Positions 48,470 through 60,655 of a stretch of DNA of 64,000 nt are shown here, one piece after another. A model generated the notes under the pieces. The model had not been told where the DNA came from. It was given only the letters and a program-made list of their open reading frames with translations, and did no database searches. Origin of the DNA: Phoronis australis (taxonomy: Eukaryota > Animalia > Phoronida); assembly GCA_002633005.1 (NCBI GenBank), contig NMRA01000707.1, positions 121,558 to 185,557 of the forward strand, read 5' to 3'. The position numbers were made by a program, and so were the translations under genes. Numbering within the stretch: position 1 is the stretch's first letter; each line of letters starts with the position of its first letter.

Positions 48470-50860
48470 TTAACAGCGCAAGCAAGAATTCAAAGGAATA
48501 CTGGAACATCATCAATAAAATACGCGGCAGGCAACAACAATCCTCCTATCCTGTCATCAACTATAATGGTAACCTAGCCTCACGTAGTAGTGACAAGTGT
48601 GATTTGTTTCTCAAATGTTGCACGAACAAAAGCCACATTACACCAACTGAAGTAAGTAACTTTCCCTTTCTTCCTGAACGTTGTCTCAATCAACTGTCTG
48701 ACATCCCGGCTAATCAAACTGGTGTCCGGAAGTATCTCAATGAAATTGACCCCAATAAGAATGATGGCACAGCATTAATAACCAGCAAGATGATCAAAAT
48801 GATTGCCAACGAAATTACCATGCCCTGACCAATCTGTTTAACAAACTTCTTCAGCTAGGCATTTATCCGTCTTCTTGGAAACATGGAATTATGGTCCCTA
48901 TACACAAAAATGGCTCCAAAACTGAAATTTCAAATTATCGCCCAATAACATTACTTAACACCCTGTCCAAAATCTTTGAGAAGATCATTGCTCAAAGTAT
49001 TCTTACATTTCTCAAACAAAACAACTTGATCTATCATCGTCAATTTGTTTTTTTTGCGTAGGAACAGCACCGAGACACAACTTGTTGAAATAGTACATGT
49101 AATTCATTTACATTTTGAGAAGGGCGAGAGTGTCAGGTCCATTTTTCTAGATATAGCTTCTGCTTTCGACTGTGTCCCTCACGACCTTCTACTTCACAAA
49201 CTTCGATCCTATGGCATTACTGGTAATCTTTTAAACATGATCACCTTATATCGCTCCGAAAGAACATACAGTGTTCGTGTCGACAGCGGACTTTCAACTT
49301 TACTCTCTCCTGGATTTGTAAACGCAGGTGTACCGCAGGGTAGCGTATAAGGCCCTCTTCCCTTCTTGGTTTATATTAATGACCTTCCTGATAACCTGTC
49401 ATGTAGCACATACCTTTATGCAGATGACACGGCTCTTTTTTATCCCTTCGCAAGGAGCAGCCCTGAATGTTCTTTGCAGCTTCAACACGACTTAATTAAA
49501 CTAAGCTACATGTATTGGTCACAAGAATGGAGAATGAATTTTAAACCAGAAAAAAGCGTTGACCTCACCTTCTCCAAATCTATTAATGCTCCTTGTTGAC
49601 CCGTCTTATGACCTTAAACTTAATGATGAAATCATTCCTAGAAAACAGTCGCACAGACATCTGGGTATACTGTTAGATGAAAAACTCTCATTCACCCCTC
49701 ACGTTCGAAAGCTCGTACAAAAAACTCAGGAACTAATTAACCCACTTAAGCTTGTCTCTCGTCATCTGAATTTTACACATTTTGTTCAAATCCTTTGTAC
49801 TTCCACACATTGATTATTGTGATATTATATATCAGTCTGCCAATACGGGTGCACTCCAACATTTGGAGAAGTTACAATATCGAGCCGCCTTACTCATAAC
49901 CGGAGCTTACAGGGGATCCAATAGTGTTAAGGTTTTGAATAGTCTCAAGTGACCCAAACTGTCTACTCGACGCAATCTTCACATGACCACATTTACTTTC
50001 AAGGTAATAAACAATGTCAACAACGTGCCTGTCAAAAAAACATTTGATCTATATACTAGACAAGGCCATCGTAGTGATTTGAGATCCTCCACCCCATATG
50101 CAATTCTTCCGTCGTTCAGTCAGGCATTCAGATGGTCTACAGTCATGATGTGCATTAACAACTGGAATTCTCTTCCAGTCTCTGTTAAGGAAAGCAACTC
50201 TTTTACAAATATAAAAATAATTTTAGAACTATTTTTCATAATTTTAATAACTCAACACCCTTAACTCAATTCTCCCTCACCCGCGATAACGAAATAGCAT
50301 TGTACAGATCAATATGTGACCTTTTCCTCAACTCTGACAAGTTCAGGCACAACTTTAGTAATGTCTCTCCAAACTGTAAATGTGGTGACCATCAATCTTA
50401 TCCTCATATTTTCTTCAAATGTCCCCTCATCGAATCCCTGAGAGACTCACTCTTTCGTGCACTCAATGATAACCAATCAATTGTTAACGCTCTCAATTCT
50501 TGTAATAATATCCTTACTAGAGTTACATTATTACTGAATGATAGTCCTAACCTTGACTTTGTTCTCAACGAATTCCTCCTAAGCAACATTGGCAAATTTT
50601 TATGTACCGTTTATCAATATTGTTACATCTGATTTCCATATATGAATCTGTACATATTTTTGTTTTTATATATCTGTAATAGCATGTCTAAGTATTGGAA
50701 TACTTATTTTAGATACTACTTAATTGTATATACCTCTATCTATATAAGTTTCATTTATGAACTGTTTACAACCCAGATATAATGCTTCGCGGTTTCTGGG
50801 TTTGTTATTATTTCTTTGTATGTTCTGTGTATCCTTCAGTAAATATATATCGCAGTATTA
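48470..50860 (+). mobile_element. Same LINE, 3' part (reverse transcriptase, C-terminal CxCG..H..C motif, 3'UTR); inactive
   Basis: NYRPITLLNTLSKIFEKII, FLDIASAFDCVPH, GVPQGSV*GP, LYADDT, HLGILLD, WNSLP, CKCGDHQSYPHIFFKCP, with several stops and frameshifts. The 3'UTR holds a hairpin, aacccaga...tctgggtt (50770-50802). Confidence 0.93.
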
Positions 50861-51049
50861 AAAAGAGTGTAAATGAAAGTTCATCAAATGATGAAAATCC
50901 ATTCTGGCTGTTAATAACGGGTAATTCATCGTAAACGAAATCTGAACCTCAACTTAACGAGTCAACATATATTCTGACCCACAACAAACTGCAACAAAAG
51001 GTTTTACAGTGGTTTTATGCATAACTGCGTATCCTTATTAACAGGATAA

Positions 51050-53800
51050 AAGTCTACCAACATCTGACCACCGGAAATGAGTAAAAACTGCGTCATTTCT
51101 AAGATGGCCGCCACGACGATTCAAAATCACAGAAAATACATAAAATTTCTTTCAATAATTGAGTTACATAGATAATTTTTGGTTATAGTCTATGGTTTTC
51201 ATGGGTGAGCAACTCTCTGGTGGGGTTAAAACTAAATTGTGATTAGTATTTGATATGAAATTCAAGATGCCGGCTAAAATTCAAGAACAGAAATCACTGA
51301 TTTTCACTTCATTAATTATAACGGCAGTATGATTAGATATGACTGGTTTCTGATTGAATGATGGTAAAACATTTATATTTGACTGTTTTCTGACTGAAGT
51401 ACTTAAAATATGAACATTGCATTAATATTAAATATTTAATCCAAACATTGGCTTGCATAAAAGAAACAAAAAATTCTCTAGTGTATATTTGCATGCCACT
51501 GGTTTTTATTTAAAAAACACACAAAGAAACTACAAGCCCAAGGCAAAATGTCAACATCTGTCTGAAGTAACCCACAATCAGCTGCAATTGTGCAGATCAT
51601 CGACAATCTTGAGAAGAAGTCTGTGGCTGGTCTGAAAATGTTCCATACTGCTCAGGCAATGATCAAGCCAGAACACATTCAGTCTTGGATGATCATTTGT
51701 CAGCTGTTGGTGATGCCTTGCCAATATTTGTTGCAGCTAGGCACCACAACTACCCGAAATCTGCTTACCTCTACACAAAAGAAATGGCTGATATGGAAAG
51801 CAAACACCCAGATGTGTATGCGAAGTTTCAAAAATGGCTTTCGTATGATTTGGCGAACAAACCAGTTTTGGGCAGGCCTCAGCTGTGATCTAGCCATTGA
51901 GAAAAAATACTACTAAATGCGACCGTTAAAAGGCACAGGCGGCTTGACTCATGGCAGTAAGATGACAAAGGAGCAGCACGCATTGTGGACAATGTTGGTC
52001 ACCGTAACGTCAGAGGTGAAGATAACCTTGCAGGCTCCAATGACATCACGTACACAACAAGCGAACAACATAAACAGGCAACTGCTGCCAGAATTGAAAG
52101 AGATGCATTCAACTTTGCAAAGATAAGCACAAAGCTGACCGCATTTTCACCCTTCCCTATAGACCCTGCGCTACACGATGTCATCCATGGTGTTGTCACC
52201 AACGCAAATGTCAACGTGCATGAATGTCAATCTGTTGGGAACAAAATCATTGAGAGAATGGTTTGACAACCTGTGCTTTTCTTCTCTTTTAAGTTGAGAG
52301 AGAATGCTAAGACCCTGGGAAATGCAGCTGCAGTGCAGGTTGGTCCTGACGGAACCATCGATCCTTGCTTACTTAATTCTAGCCATCCCAGGTGGTATTC
52401 CGGTAGGACGACTTTTCTCTTGAGGCCGTTGTGAGTTTCGAGCTTAGTCCACTCCCAGATTCTCTCTATGGGAACAGCCTGATCTTGAAGAAGGATGACA
52501 GACCTCAACTGGCTCAAGCCGTTCATGACCGCTGTTCCAAGGCCCATGCTTTTGACGGAGCACCAAACTCCACACCTTCAGTACGTTTCCAGACTGAAAG
52601 GTATGCGCTTGATGGGGGATCTTTTCTGCACAAGCTCAATTGGAAAAAGAATTATAACTATGGGAAATTTGTCGGAGCATACGTTGACTTCACGACAAAG
52701 CACTCTGAGGCAGCCACTGTTGTTTATGATGGTTATGGTGCAGGTCCTTCAATAAAAGATAACACAGAGATGGAGACAGACAAGCATATATCCGACTGTG
52801 AACTTCACCGGAATGGACTTTGGTGGTTAAGAGAGATGGATTCCTATCCACTGGCAGTAACAAGCAACAACTGATCGCCTTAATAAGTGACCAGCTGCAG
52901 AAACTGGGATGCACAGCCGTTCAGGCAGAAGGAGATGCTGATGTGGTCATTGCAAAGACAGCAGTAAAAAGTATAATATGCGTTCCACCACAGTAATCGG
53001 CAAGGACACTGACTTAATTGTTGATGCTTATGCTCCATTATTGCATGGCTGACAGGAAATCACTATTTTTCATATCTGGCTACCAGTCAAGAACCAATCT
53101 TTAAGTTTACGACATAAATTGGATAAGGCTTGTGCTCAGGATTAAATTGTGTACCCAGCTACTATTCCTGCCCTACTTCACAGAATGCAACGCAACGTCT
53201 CGTGTGTATGGCGTTGGAAAGACTTCAGTCTCTCAGAAACTCGTGAAAGATGACCAATTCCTCCAGTCATGCGCAGACACATTCACCACGAAAGGAGTGA
53301 ACTCCGCTGAGAGAAACGTGGCAGCCAAGCGATGGTGTCAATGCTTGGTGGAGAGAGCACGTCAGTGTTCTCTGGTTTGCTGTGCATTACAACATATTCA
53401 CAAAGAAGCTTGCTGCTGCTAAGTCTTTCGTTACTCCCGAAAGTCTTCCACCAAAGCAATCAGCCACCAGCTATCACTGCCTCGAGTGTACTCCTGGTCA
53501 TGGTTTGGATGGAGATAGCAATTGACCGGGATCCTTTAGACTGGGGATGGAGACTTGAAGACAGTCAATTCGTACACAACATACTCTATCTGCCATGGAT
53601 GCTGCACCAGACACCCCTCTAGATGATACACTGCAACTGTACTACAGCTGGTAGCACGCCCCGATGCAGTTGCAGAAAGAATGGCTTGCATGTACATCTA
53701 TGTGTAGATTGTGCCTCGCAACATATTCTGACAATCCACTAAATAAAATTTCTGAGGAACGTGAAGACAGTGATGAGGGTTGACCTGAGGCAGTATGCAT
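51050..53800 (+). mobile_element. Decayed Academ-type (AcademX) DNA transposon: transposase C-terminal part, XPG-like nuclease, Cys-rich finger
   Basis: Fragments read across frames: WDDHL..LPIFVAARHHNYPKSAYLY..HPDVY, FWAGLSCDLAIE, GGLTHG, ALDGGSFLHKLNW, VVYDGY..SIKD, AEGDADVVIAKTA, GKDTDL, FTECNATSRVYGVGK, DPLDWGW, CNCTTAGSTPRCSCRKNGL. Termini not located; superfamily assigned from recalled domain architecture. Confidence 0.7.
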
Positions 53801-54214
53801 ACGTGTGAAGAACATAACATTCTTGGATGAAAATGTAATCTACATATCATGTGACAAGTGGGCTGCATATTTTTGTTCATTGCTCAACGCTATTCATGAG
53901 ATGTCAGGCCCTGCGTTTTATTATGAGTTCAAGTTGTAGCGCAATTGCAAACTGTAGAGAAAAAAATATGACAGATCAGACAGGACACGCTTCCAATAAA
54001 AGGGGTATTTCTAAAGAAGTTTCTTAATCGGATGTTATAGCTGGAATCGCCCTCGTCAGTGTAGACAAAATTCTTGGAAAATTTCATATATACATGTACA
54101 TTTTCACCTGACGTCTGCCCTCAAATCTTGTGAACTGCATACTTGCAAACGGTGCTTTTCGAGAAAAACGGCCAACTGGTATCATATCTATTTATAACCT
54201 CTAATGCAGCAGTA

Positions 54215-55140
54215 ACTGGGAACTTCAGAGGCATTCTACTCAGTGGCATAACGACAAGTTTTAGTTCATTCTTAAACAAAAGCTTTATATCCTGAGTGCA
54301 TCGAAAAACTGCCAGAAGAGGACCAAGCTGGCTTCAAAGATTGATACATGATATTTCATTCTAAAACTGTTTCATAGAAAGACATTTATCAGGACAAAAT
54401 CAAAACCATTTTATTGTGTTTATATTGACTTCAAGAAAGCATTTGAATTGATAATTGAACCAGTACTACTCTATGTAGTAAAGGTTTAGACCATTGTTAA
54501 TACGAAATATGAATTCAACTGTAAACTGGTACAGCGAATAAAATTGAATTGGAAATAACACTGGAGCTGCACAAAGTTGTGTGATACATGTATGCCCATT
54601 ATTATCTGTGTGTTGAAGTTATCCCACTTTGGAAAATGTATTTGTCAACGATATTGCTCTACTTGGCGACTACACAGTTGAGTTGCAGAGAGTATTGGAT
54701 GTGATAGGGAAGTGTTTTTCTTTAATATTTCCGTAAACATCAATAAGTCAAAGCTGCTTTTAATAAAGGTGAAGAATTTAAAAGCGCATGAAATGGTATT
54801 ACAGAGATGTCGAACTGAAAACTTACAGATACTTTAAATATTAAAGGATGGTATTCTATAATTATGGTAGATTAAGCTGGACAACGTGCTGCAGGCCACT
54901 CGCACAAAAGCCAAGTAAATCACAATGAATTTGGTGTAACATTTCCTGTGTCAAATAGTACCTATTAGAAATGCATAGTTAGCCTTTAAAATGATTTAGA
55001 TAATAATAGCGCTCATTTCATGGAGTAAGAATATGTGGGTACTATGCCATAGAGAAGGATTTGAAAACATTCAAACAATATTTTTAAATGATCAATGTCT
55101 ACTGGTTTTAAGACGACCAACGTCAATGCCACAGTGTAGA
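54215..55140 (+). mobile_element. Heavily decayed non-LTR reverse transcriptase fragment
   Basis: NFRGI, EEDQAGFK, PFYCVYIDFKKAFE, VNDIALL..ELQRVLD and a YFKY-like segment, in RT order with many frameshifts. Confidence 0.7.
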
Positions 55141-56075
55141 TGACATGGTTAATTTATTATACGTTTAGTTTGCGTCAGTTTTATTTTGGGTCGACCTGAA
55201 AAGGATCTGGCGCAGGCTAGCTTGTATATTCTGGGAGTAATATACAAAGGGAGTGGAAACTTACAAGGTTCTTGTACTAGGACTGCCTTGCTATTACGGC
55301 TCAGTCATCAAGCGTAATAATCGGATTTACTCGGTGGCAGAACCACAGCTCCGCGCATGTCAACACTGTCTGGCATGCGCACTTAATCAATAACATCGGC
55401 AGTCATTTTTAAAAGCACGCCCTCTCACGACCTTAGAATCCTTGTGGTTCTTGTCGGTATTGTTATTAAAAATTTGACGATGTTTAAATTCTGTCTTAAA
55501 TTGTAAATGCCTTCAATCTAATAATTAGAGTAGGTAGATTATAACTGATTTGAAATTGTACTTCATTGTTGTTCTTTCATCTGTTCAAATTGCCTTAAAA
55601 CGGGGCAGTCAGATCAGCGTTTTGTACTTACTGCGACTTGGGGTCTCATAATCTGAATCATACTGGAAATTGGTTCTTTCACCCTTGAAATATCTGATAT
55701 ACAGGTATTGGTCCTAGGTATCTCATATTAATACAGGCATATAAACATGTACTGTCTTCGACGGTACAAGGAAATGCGTGAAATTTGTTCATACCATACA
55801 AACAGTAACGCCAACTCGAGAGGTATATTTATTTCTATTGTGCCCGTCAGTGTGTGGGTGTGTGAGGTGAGGACCAGACGCGACGGTATTCACCGCCAGA
55901 TTTTATACGAAAGGGCCCACGTGGCCGGTCAAGATGTCCACAAAGAATCCGATCATTTTTGCTTATTTGATTAGCCACTTTTGAGGAAGTTGAACCGGCA
56001 AGACAACGAGTTTGGCAATAAACAAACATTCTGTCCGTTCTTTTACTCCGGCGTATCTTAGAACACCGTGCCTGA

Positions 56076-56213
56076 GTTCACTAACTGAATAGGACCTCGT
56101 TAAATATAAAAAATTCTTGAGATTGCGAGCTAATGCCGTGTATTTTAAATGAGAACACGTGATTTTGGCTTGATTGTAGCGAGGTCTTAGAGTAGGTCCT
56201 CGTGTTACTGAAC
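56076..56213 (-). repeat. MITE family A copy (a partial further copy lies at about 58639-58725)
   Basis: tgccgtgtattttaaatgagaacacgtg core and ggtcctcgtgttactgaac end. Confidence 0.78.
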
Positions 56214-57239
56214 TCTAGCCAGGTTTAACACTTTTAATGAAAAGGAACAAAACTAGGCTACGCAACGGTACTGAGATGAGGTTCACCACTTCCGGTAAGC
56301 CTCTCAAAAATCCGGATCAGTTCAAGTACGCAGCTATCATATCCTACAGTGTGACATTTGCTGCTACATAATCAAACATTGCTAATAGGGAGTACTGGCA
56401 GAATGAGGTGCAGCCGGAGAGCACGAGTGACGTAGATCACACTAGCAGATGGGATGTGAATACTTTCTTTTTGCCCTAGTTAGTTATCGTGTTCAAACCA
56501 GCCTGTGCTTTCCCAAACTTGGACCGTGGGAGTCATCATTAGATAAACTCCAACCTTAAAGTGGAGCCCCACCTCATTTAGTGTTCACAGCACGTACTTC
56601 CTATACAGGTAAACGCACCCTTTGTTAGCGCTTGACTCATAAGGTATTGTTGTTGATACTCCATTCTGCAACGCTTTACATAAAAACTGCAACTTCAAAA
56701 GTTATCAGTTAAACGAAATTTATTAAAAAAAACAGAATATTTATGATAATTGAAGTTCTTGTGAGAGGCCTTGTACGCTGTATTTTTCATGTCGTCGTAG
56801 ACCTGTAGGAAGGTGAAAAGTTCAAGAGTATCCACGCTTCTTAGATGTGAACACAATACACGTCTACCGTGTTTAGGGACGATTTTAACTTTTAATATTT
56901 GGATTAATTTACGTGGAATTTACTAAATTAGAGTGCCTAGAAGATGTATCGCCAAAACCAATCTTTAGGGGCCATAAAATTTATATGAGAAATTCCTACT
57001 GCGGATTATAAAATCAGGCGAAGTAGCACCAGCTTGGAATTGGGTAGACGGCGCATTATCGTCACACGATTCCGCGAGAGACAAATGTCATAATGAAAGG
57101 ACGTTTGTAGACCAGACATATGACGTTTGCACATATCTGTATCTGACAATTAAGCAAGGTCACTCGAAACATCCATGCTTAGTGAGGGGTCCGTGTCTTG
57201 AAGAAGTGTCATGAGGTTATCTGACTACTGAGCCATAAT

Positions 57240-57447
57240 TAAGCGATGCATTCGAATACCAAAATGTTCTGGAGGTGGAAGTGTTCTGGTTCAATGTTGC
57301 AGTTCTTTCAGGATTTTAACCCACTCCCTCATGAAGCATGGGTGTTTGATACCACATTGACTGAAGACCCTAGATATTCATTTGTTGAACCCCCCTGCCC
57401 TGGTGGCGAGGATAGAGCTCCAAACCGTTAACACCATGCCACCGACT
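57240..57447 (-). repeat. Possible tRNA-derived SINE relic
   Basis: Minus strand has A-box-like TGGTGTTAACGG followed about 30 nt later by GGTTCAA. Confidence 0.3.
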
Positions 57448-58039
57448 GAATACTCTTTGTTGACACCAGCAAATCCTTGTATGGACGCCACTACCCATAT
57501 TCTAATCAAGCAAAACTCCCAATGTACACAAGAGACAAGAGAACTGAGACGAACCATCGGGCCTCAGGAAAATAACGTTAGAGCACTAAAACTGCAACTG
57601 TAGCGACATAATAGCACTGGATGACCTGCACTCTGGTCAAAATGGACGACAGCAGGAGTGAATAATGTGGTGTACTTTCAAAAAATCACTATTTCTTCAC
57701 AGCCTGTGGGTTAAACAACGACCACTTCCCGACGTTCTTCCAGAAACACCATCACCTGGACGGACGTAATCAGTGCATTTGCCGAACGTACAATACTGTA
57801 AACGGAAAACGTGTCTTTTAATTTGATATCACATAAGTAATTGCGTCACATGACTTTTGGAGAACATAAAAATGTATGTTCATAGCAAAAAAGCAGTGAG
57901 AATATATTGAGCAAATCCTATTTGATATCAATGTTATGAATTCACAAAATTTTAAAATTAAGGAGTTCGTGCGGTTTGTGAGTCCGTTGAGCTGTAAGTG
58001 TCATTTGCCGGTGCGTACGTGATAATGTGTGGGACCGGA

Positions 58040-58300
58040 ACCTTGGTTCATGTAAGTGGTTCGGCGATGAGCCTTGTTTACCAAGCTTCGTGAGTCTTGC
58101 TTGCATTGCAGCTAAGGACAATGTTATGCTCATGAGTACGAGTTATGGTGTTACCAATCCTTCTTGATGTACCCAGCCGGCTCCAGTTGGCTTCGTTCAC
58201 CCACTCCCAAACTCTGTGACCACAGACTACTGTTGGCCAAAATAATACAGGAATCGCCAACTACATAAATTTTCTTTTGTACGTAATCTGTGATTTTGCG
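58040..58300 (-). pseudogene. Possible SGNH-hydrolase remnant of a DIRS/Ngaro-type retroelement
   Basis: KIYVVGDSCI...QSLGV, and in a shifted frame NWSRLG; weak motif resemblance only. Confidence 0.25.
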
Positions 58301-59287
58301 CAAAATCCGCTGCCTGAGTTCTGTTTTGCCATTAATCATGGCGTAACTACGTACCTGCATTCAGCATCGGAAGTTTTTGCCAATTAATTCAAGGGTTTGT
58401 GGACGTAGCGCCACCTATCAGGCTGGATAACCCACGAGACTTTCCAAACTCTTAAGCAAGTTTTTCAGCAAAAAGTGGCTAGTTCAACATCTGAATAGGC
58501 TTTTCTGGGCACGTTTCTTGTAATTGAAATTTCCAAAGATTTCCAATATGCTACGTCTACATTTGCTCCCCGGCAAAACTTTTCTGGTCACAGACACGAG
58601 TACGCTACGAAGAAAATTTACCGTGGAATCTGGGTAGAGTTCAATAACGTTAGCAAGACTTAGCCATATTACGCGAGATATTGCACTGTAATTTCAATGA
58701 GAGCACGCAGTTTTTTGCTAGATTTTTCTCGCCACCAGACAGCTACATGTATAGAACTCTACCCAGGTAGGTGTGTCGGCCGAACATGCGCACTAAAATC
58801 ATTAGCACCAGACATTCGGATATTTAATGATGACGGGTCATGGTAGTGCGTGGGGACAACAGCTTGCTTCGACTAATGAAGTTCAGGCGCAGATAAAACA
58901 CACGAGCAACAATTAAAATAAGATTAATTCTGGCATAGCTGTGAGTGCTTCTTTTCCACTCTGCCACAGTCAGCCCAAGAAATTTCTCACGAAATTCCCA
59001 ACGCTGCACAGAAAGTGGAACAACATGTTATCTTAACTCACTTCACACCCCATGTATTACCGTTGGGAAGTAATAGATTAAAAGCATGACGTCAGCAAAA
59101 GTGGGGCAAGAATCCAATCTACATCGTAATTTGCGAAAGTAAACGAAAGGAAACTACAAATGCCATACACACCAGTGTCTGCTGTTTAATTGACTTCCTA
59201 ACTTTCGTTGCTGTAACTTGTTTTGTAAGGTTTATACTCTCGTGCAAGTACAGTTAATGCTGCATTACGTGTTGTTCGAATAGATTA

Positions 59288-59546
59288 CATGGGCGGACAC
59301 AGGGGGAGCTCAGGGGGCTCGAAATTAGCGAACTGGGCAAAAAAGTCAGTCTCAGAGTAACAAAACGTCCGAGTAAACGAGACAACAGTCCACAAAATCC
59401 ACGGGAAGTTGGCGCGGAAGCACGATTCGTGGGCCTGAACCCTAGTGGTCCCCTTTTTCGTTTAGTCCTCGTTGATTTCTTTCAGTAAAAGGTCCAAATA
59501 CCGAAAAATTCGAGACCCCCTATATGTTAGGCTGAGTGTGCGCATG
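59288..59546 (+). repeat. Dispersed repeat family B copy just upstream of the first chitinase coding exon
   Basis: catgggcggacacag...ctgggcaaaaaagtcagtctcagag...taggctgagtgtgcgcatg; imperfect CATG termini. Confidence 0.7.
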
Positions 59547-59558
59547 GACTAGGCAATG

Positions 59559-59572
59559 CAATGACGTCATTG
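59559..59572. promoter_or_regulatory. Palindromic CRE (CAATGACGTCATTG) upstream of the chitinase start exon; second TGACGTCA at 59087-59094
   Basis: Exact CREB/ATF consensus twice within 530 bp of the ATG; function untested. Confidence 0.35.
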
Positions 59573-59612
59573 TTCTGCAGTAATCAACGACACATTTTAA
59601 TTTGCAGGTGAC

Positions 59613-59664
59613 ATGATGTTTCGGGTCATCGTTGCGACTGTGTGTTTGGCAATATTAACAGAAG
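59613..59664 (+). CDS. GH18 chitinase, coding exon 1 (signal peptide MMFRVIVATVCLAILTE)
   Basis: Hydrophobic signal-like peptide, preceded by acceptor ttttaatttgcag| (59607), which implies a 5'UTR exon upstream. Phase-1 donor G|GTAAAT matches the next exon. Confidence 0.75.
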
Positions 59665-60468
59665 GTAAATGCATACATATAAAATGCCTTTGCTTTATTT
59701 GACTTATATTAATCAATACAAGAATTTGCTAAAGTAAGTTAGATGTACAGAAAACTTTCTATTTTGTTAATGACAACAGTCATAAATTGAAGTACTCCGT
59801 TCTGAAGACATACCTTGGTGAAATCAACTGAAGAAAAATGCTAATGTTCTTTTCAAAATAATGGCTTGAGCATCGGCCTCGGATACAGCCATCTCGTAGC
59901 ATTACTACTTGACAACCAGAGGTTGCACGGTGATTTACTTTACATTGAATACTGGATATGAAAGCGAAAGACACATTGACTACGATCGTGACGCAATTCT
60001 AGCATTCGAGCTACCGAAATGACAAACTGTGTTTTGTGTTCAACTGCCTGACAGTAAATCATGATGCGCTTTGATAACTTGGTTTCAATTTGAATTATTA
60101 TGGCATTGTTGTAGATGTTGATTTGCATATTTCCTATGATATCAGGAAGGAAACATTGACTTACAAATCAACTGCTTGAAACTAGCGTTCGAAATGGCGT
60201 CCTCTCTCACGTCTTAGCAACACACAAGAGCAAAATGTCACAAAATCACGCTTCTAGGACGTAATGTATGCAGCTTTCAACAGTGAGAAAGATGTTTCAC
60301 CTGAGTTTGCGCAGACGACAACAAAGAAGGTCAAAGTTCTAACAAGCGTTCAAATAATCGAAATTTTATCCAGAGTGCGGACCAAACGACCAGTTTATCT
60401 TATGGTCAGAGGGCATGTGAACGTTCTAAAAGTTTATTACTTTAATTTTTTTCTTTTGCGTCTTACAG

Positions 60469-60655
60469 CATCGTATAAGCGGGTGTGCTACTACACCAAT
60501 TGGTCCCAGTATCGACCTGGGCGGGGTAAATACGTACCCAGTCACATCGATCCGCACCTATGTACACACATAGTATACGCATTCGCCAGCATGCAGGGCA
60601 ACGCTCTGAAGCCATTCGAATGGAATGACGAGTCAACAGCGTGGTCGAAAGGAAT
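60469..60655 (+). CDS. GH18 chitinase, coding exon 2
   Basis: Acceptor cttttgcgtcttacag|; YKRVCYYTNWSQYRPGRG, IDPHLCTHIVYAFA, FEWND; donor AT|GTAAGT (phase 2). Confidence 0.95.

Noticed and set aside
60264-60468. N-terminal part of the 131-aa ORF as the chitinase start
   Set aside because: It is intronic read-through: a polypyrimidine acceptor lies at 60468 and a phase-matched signal-peptide exon exists at 59613-59664.
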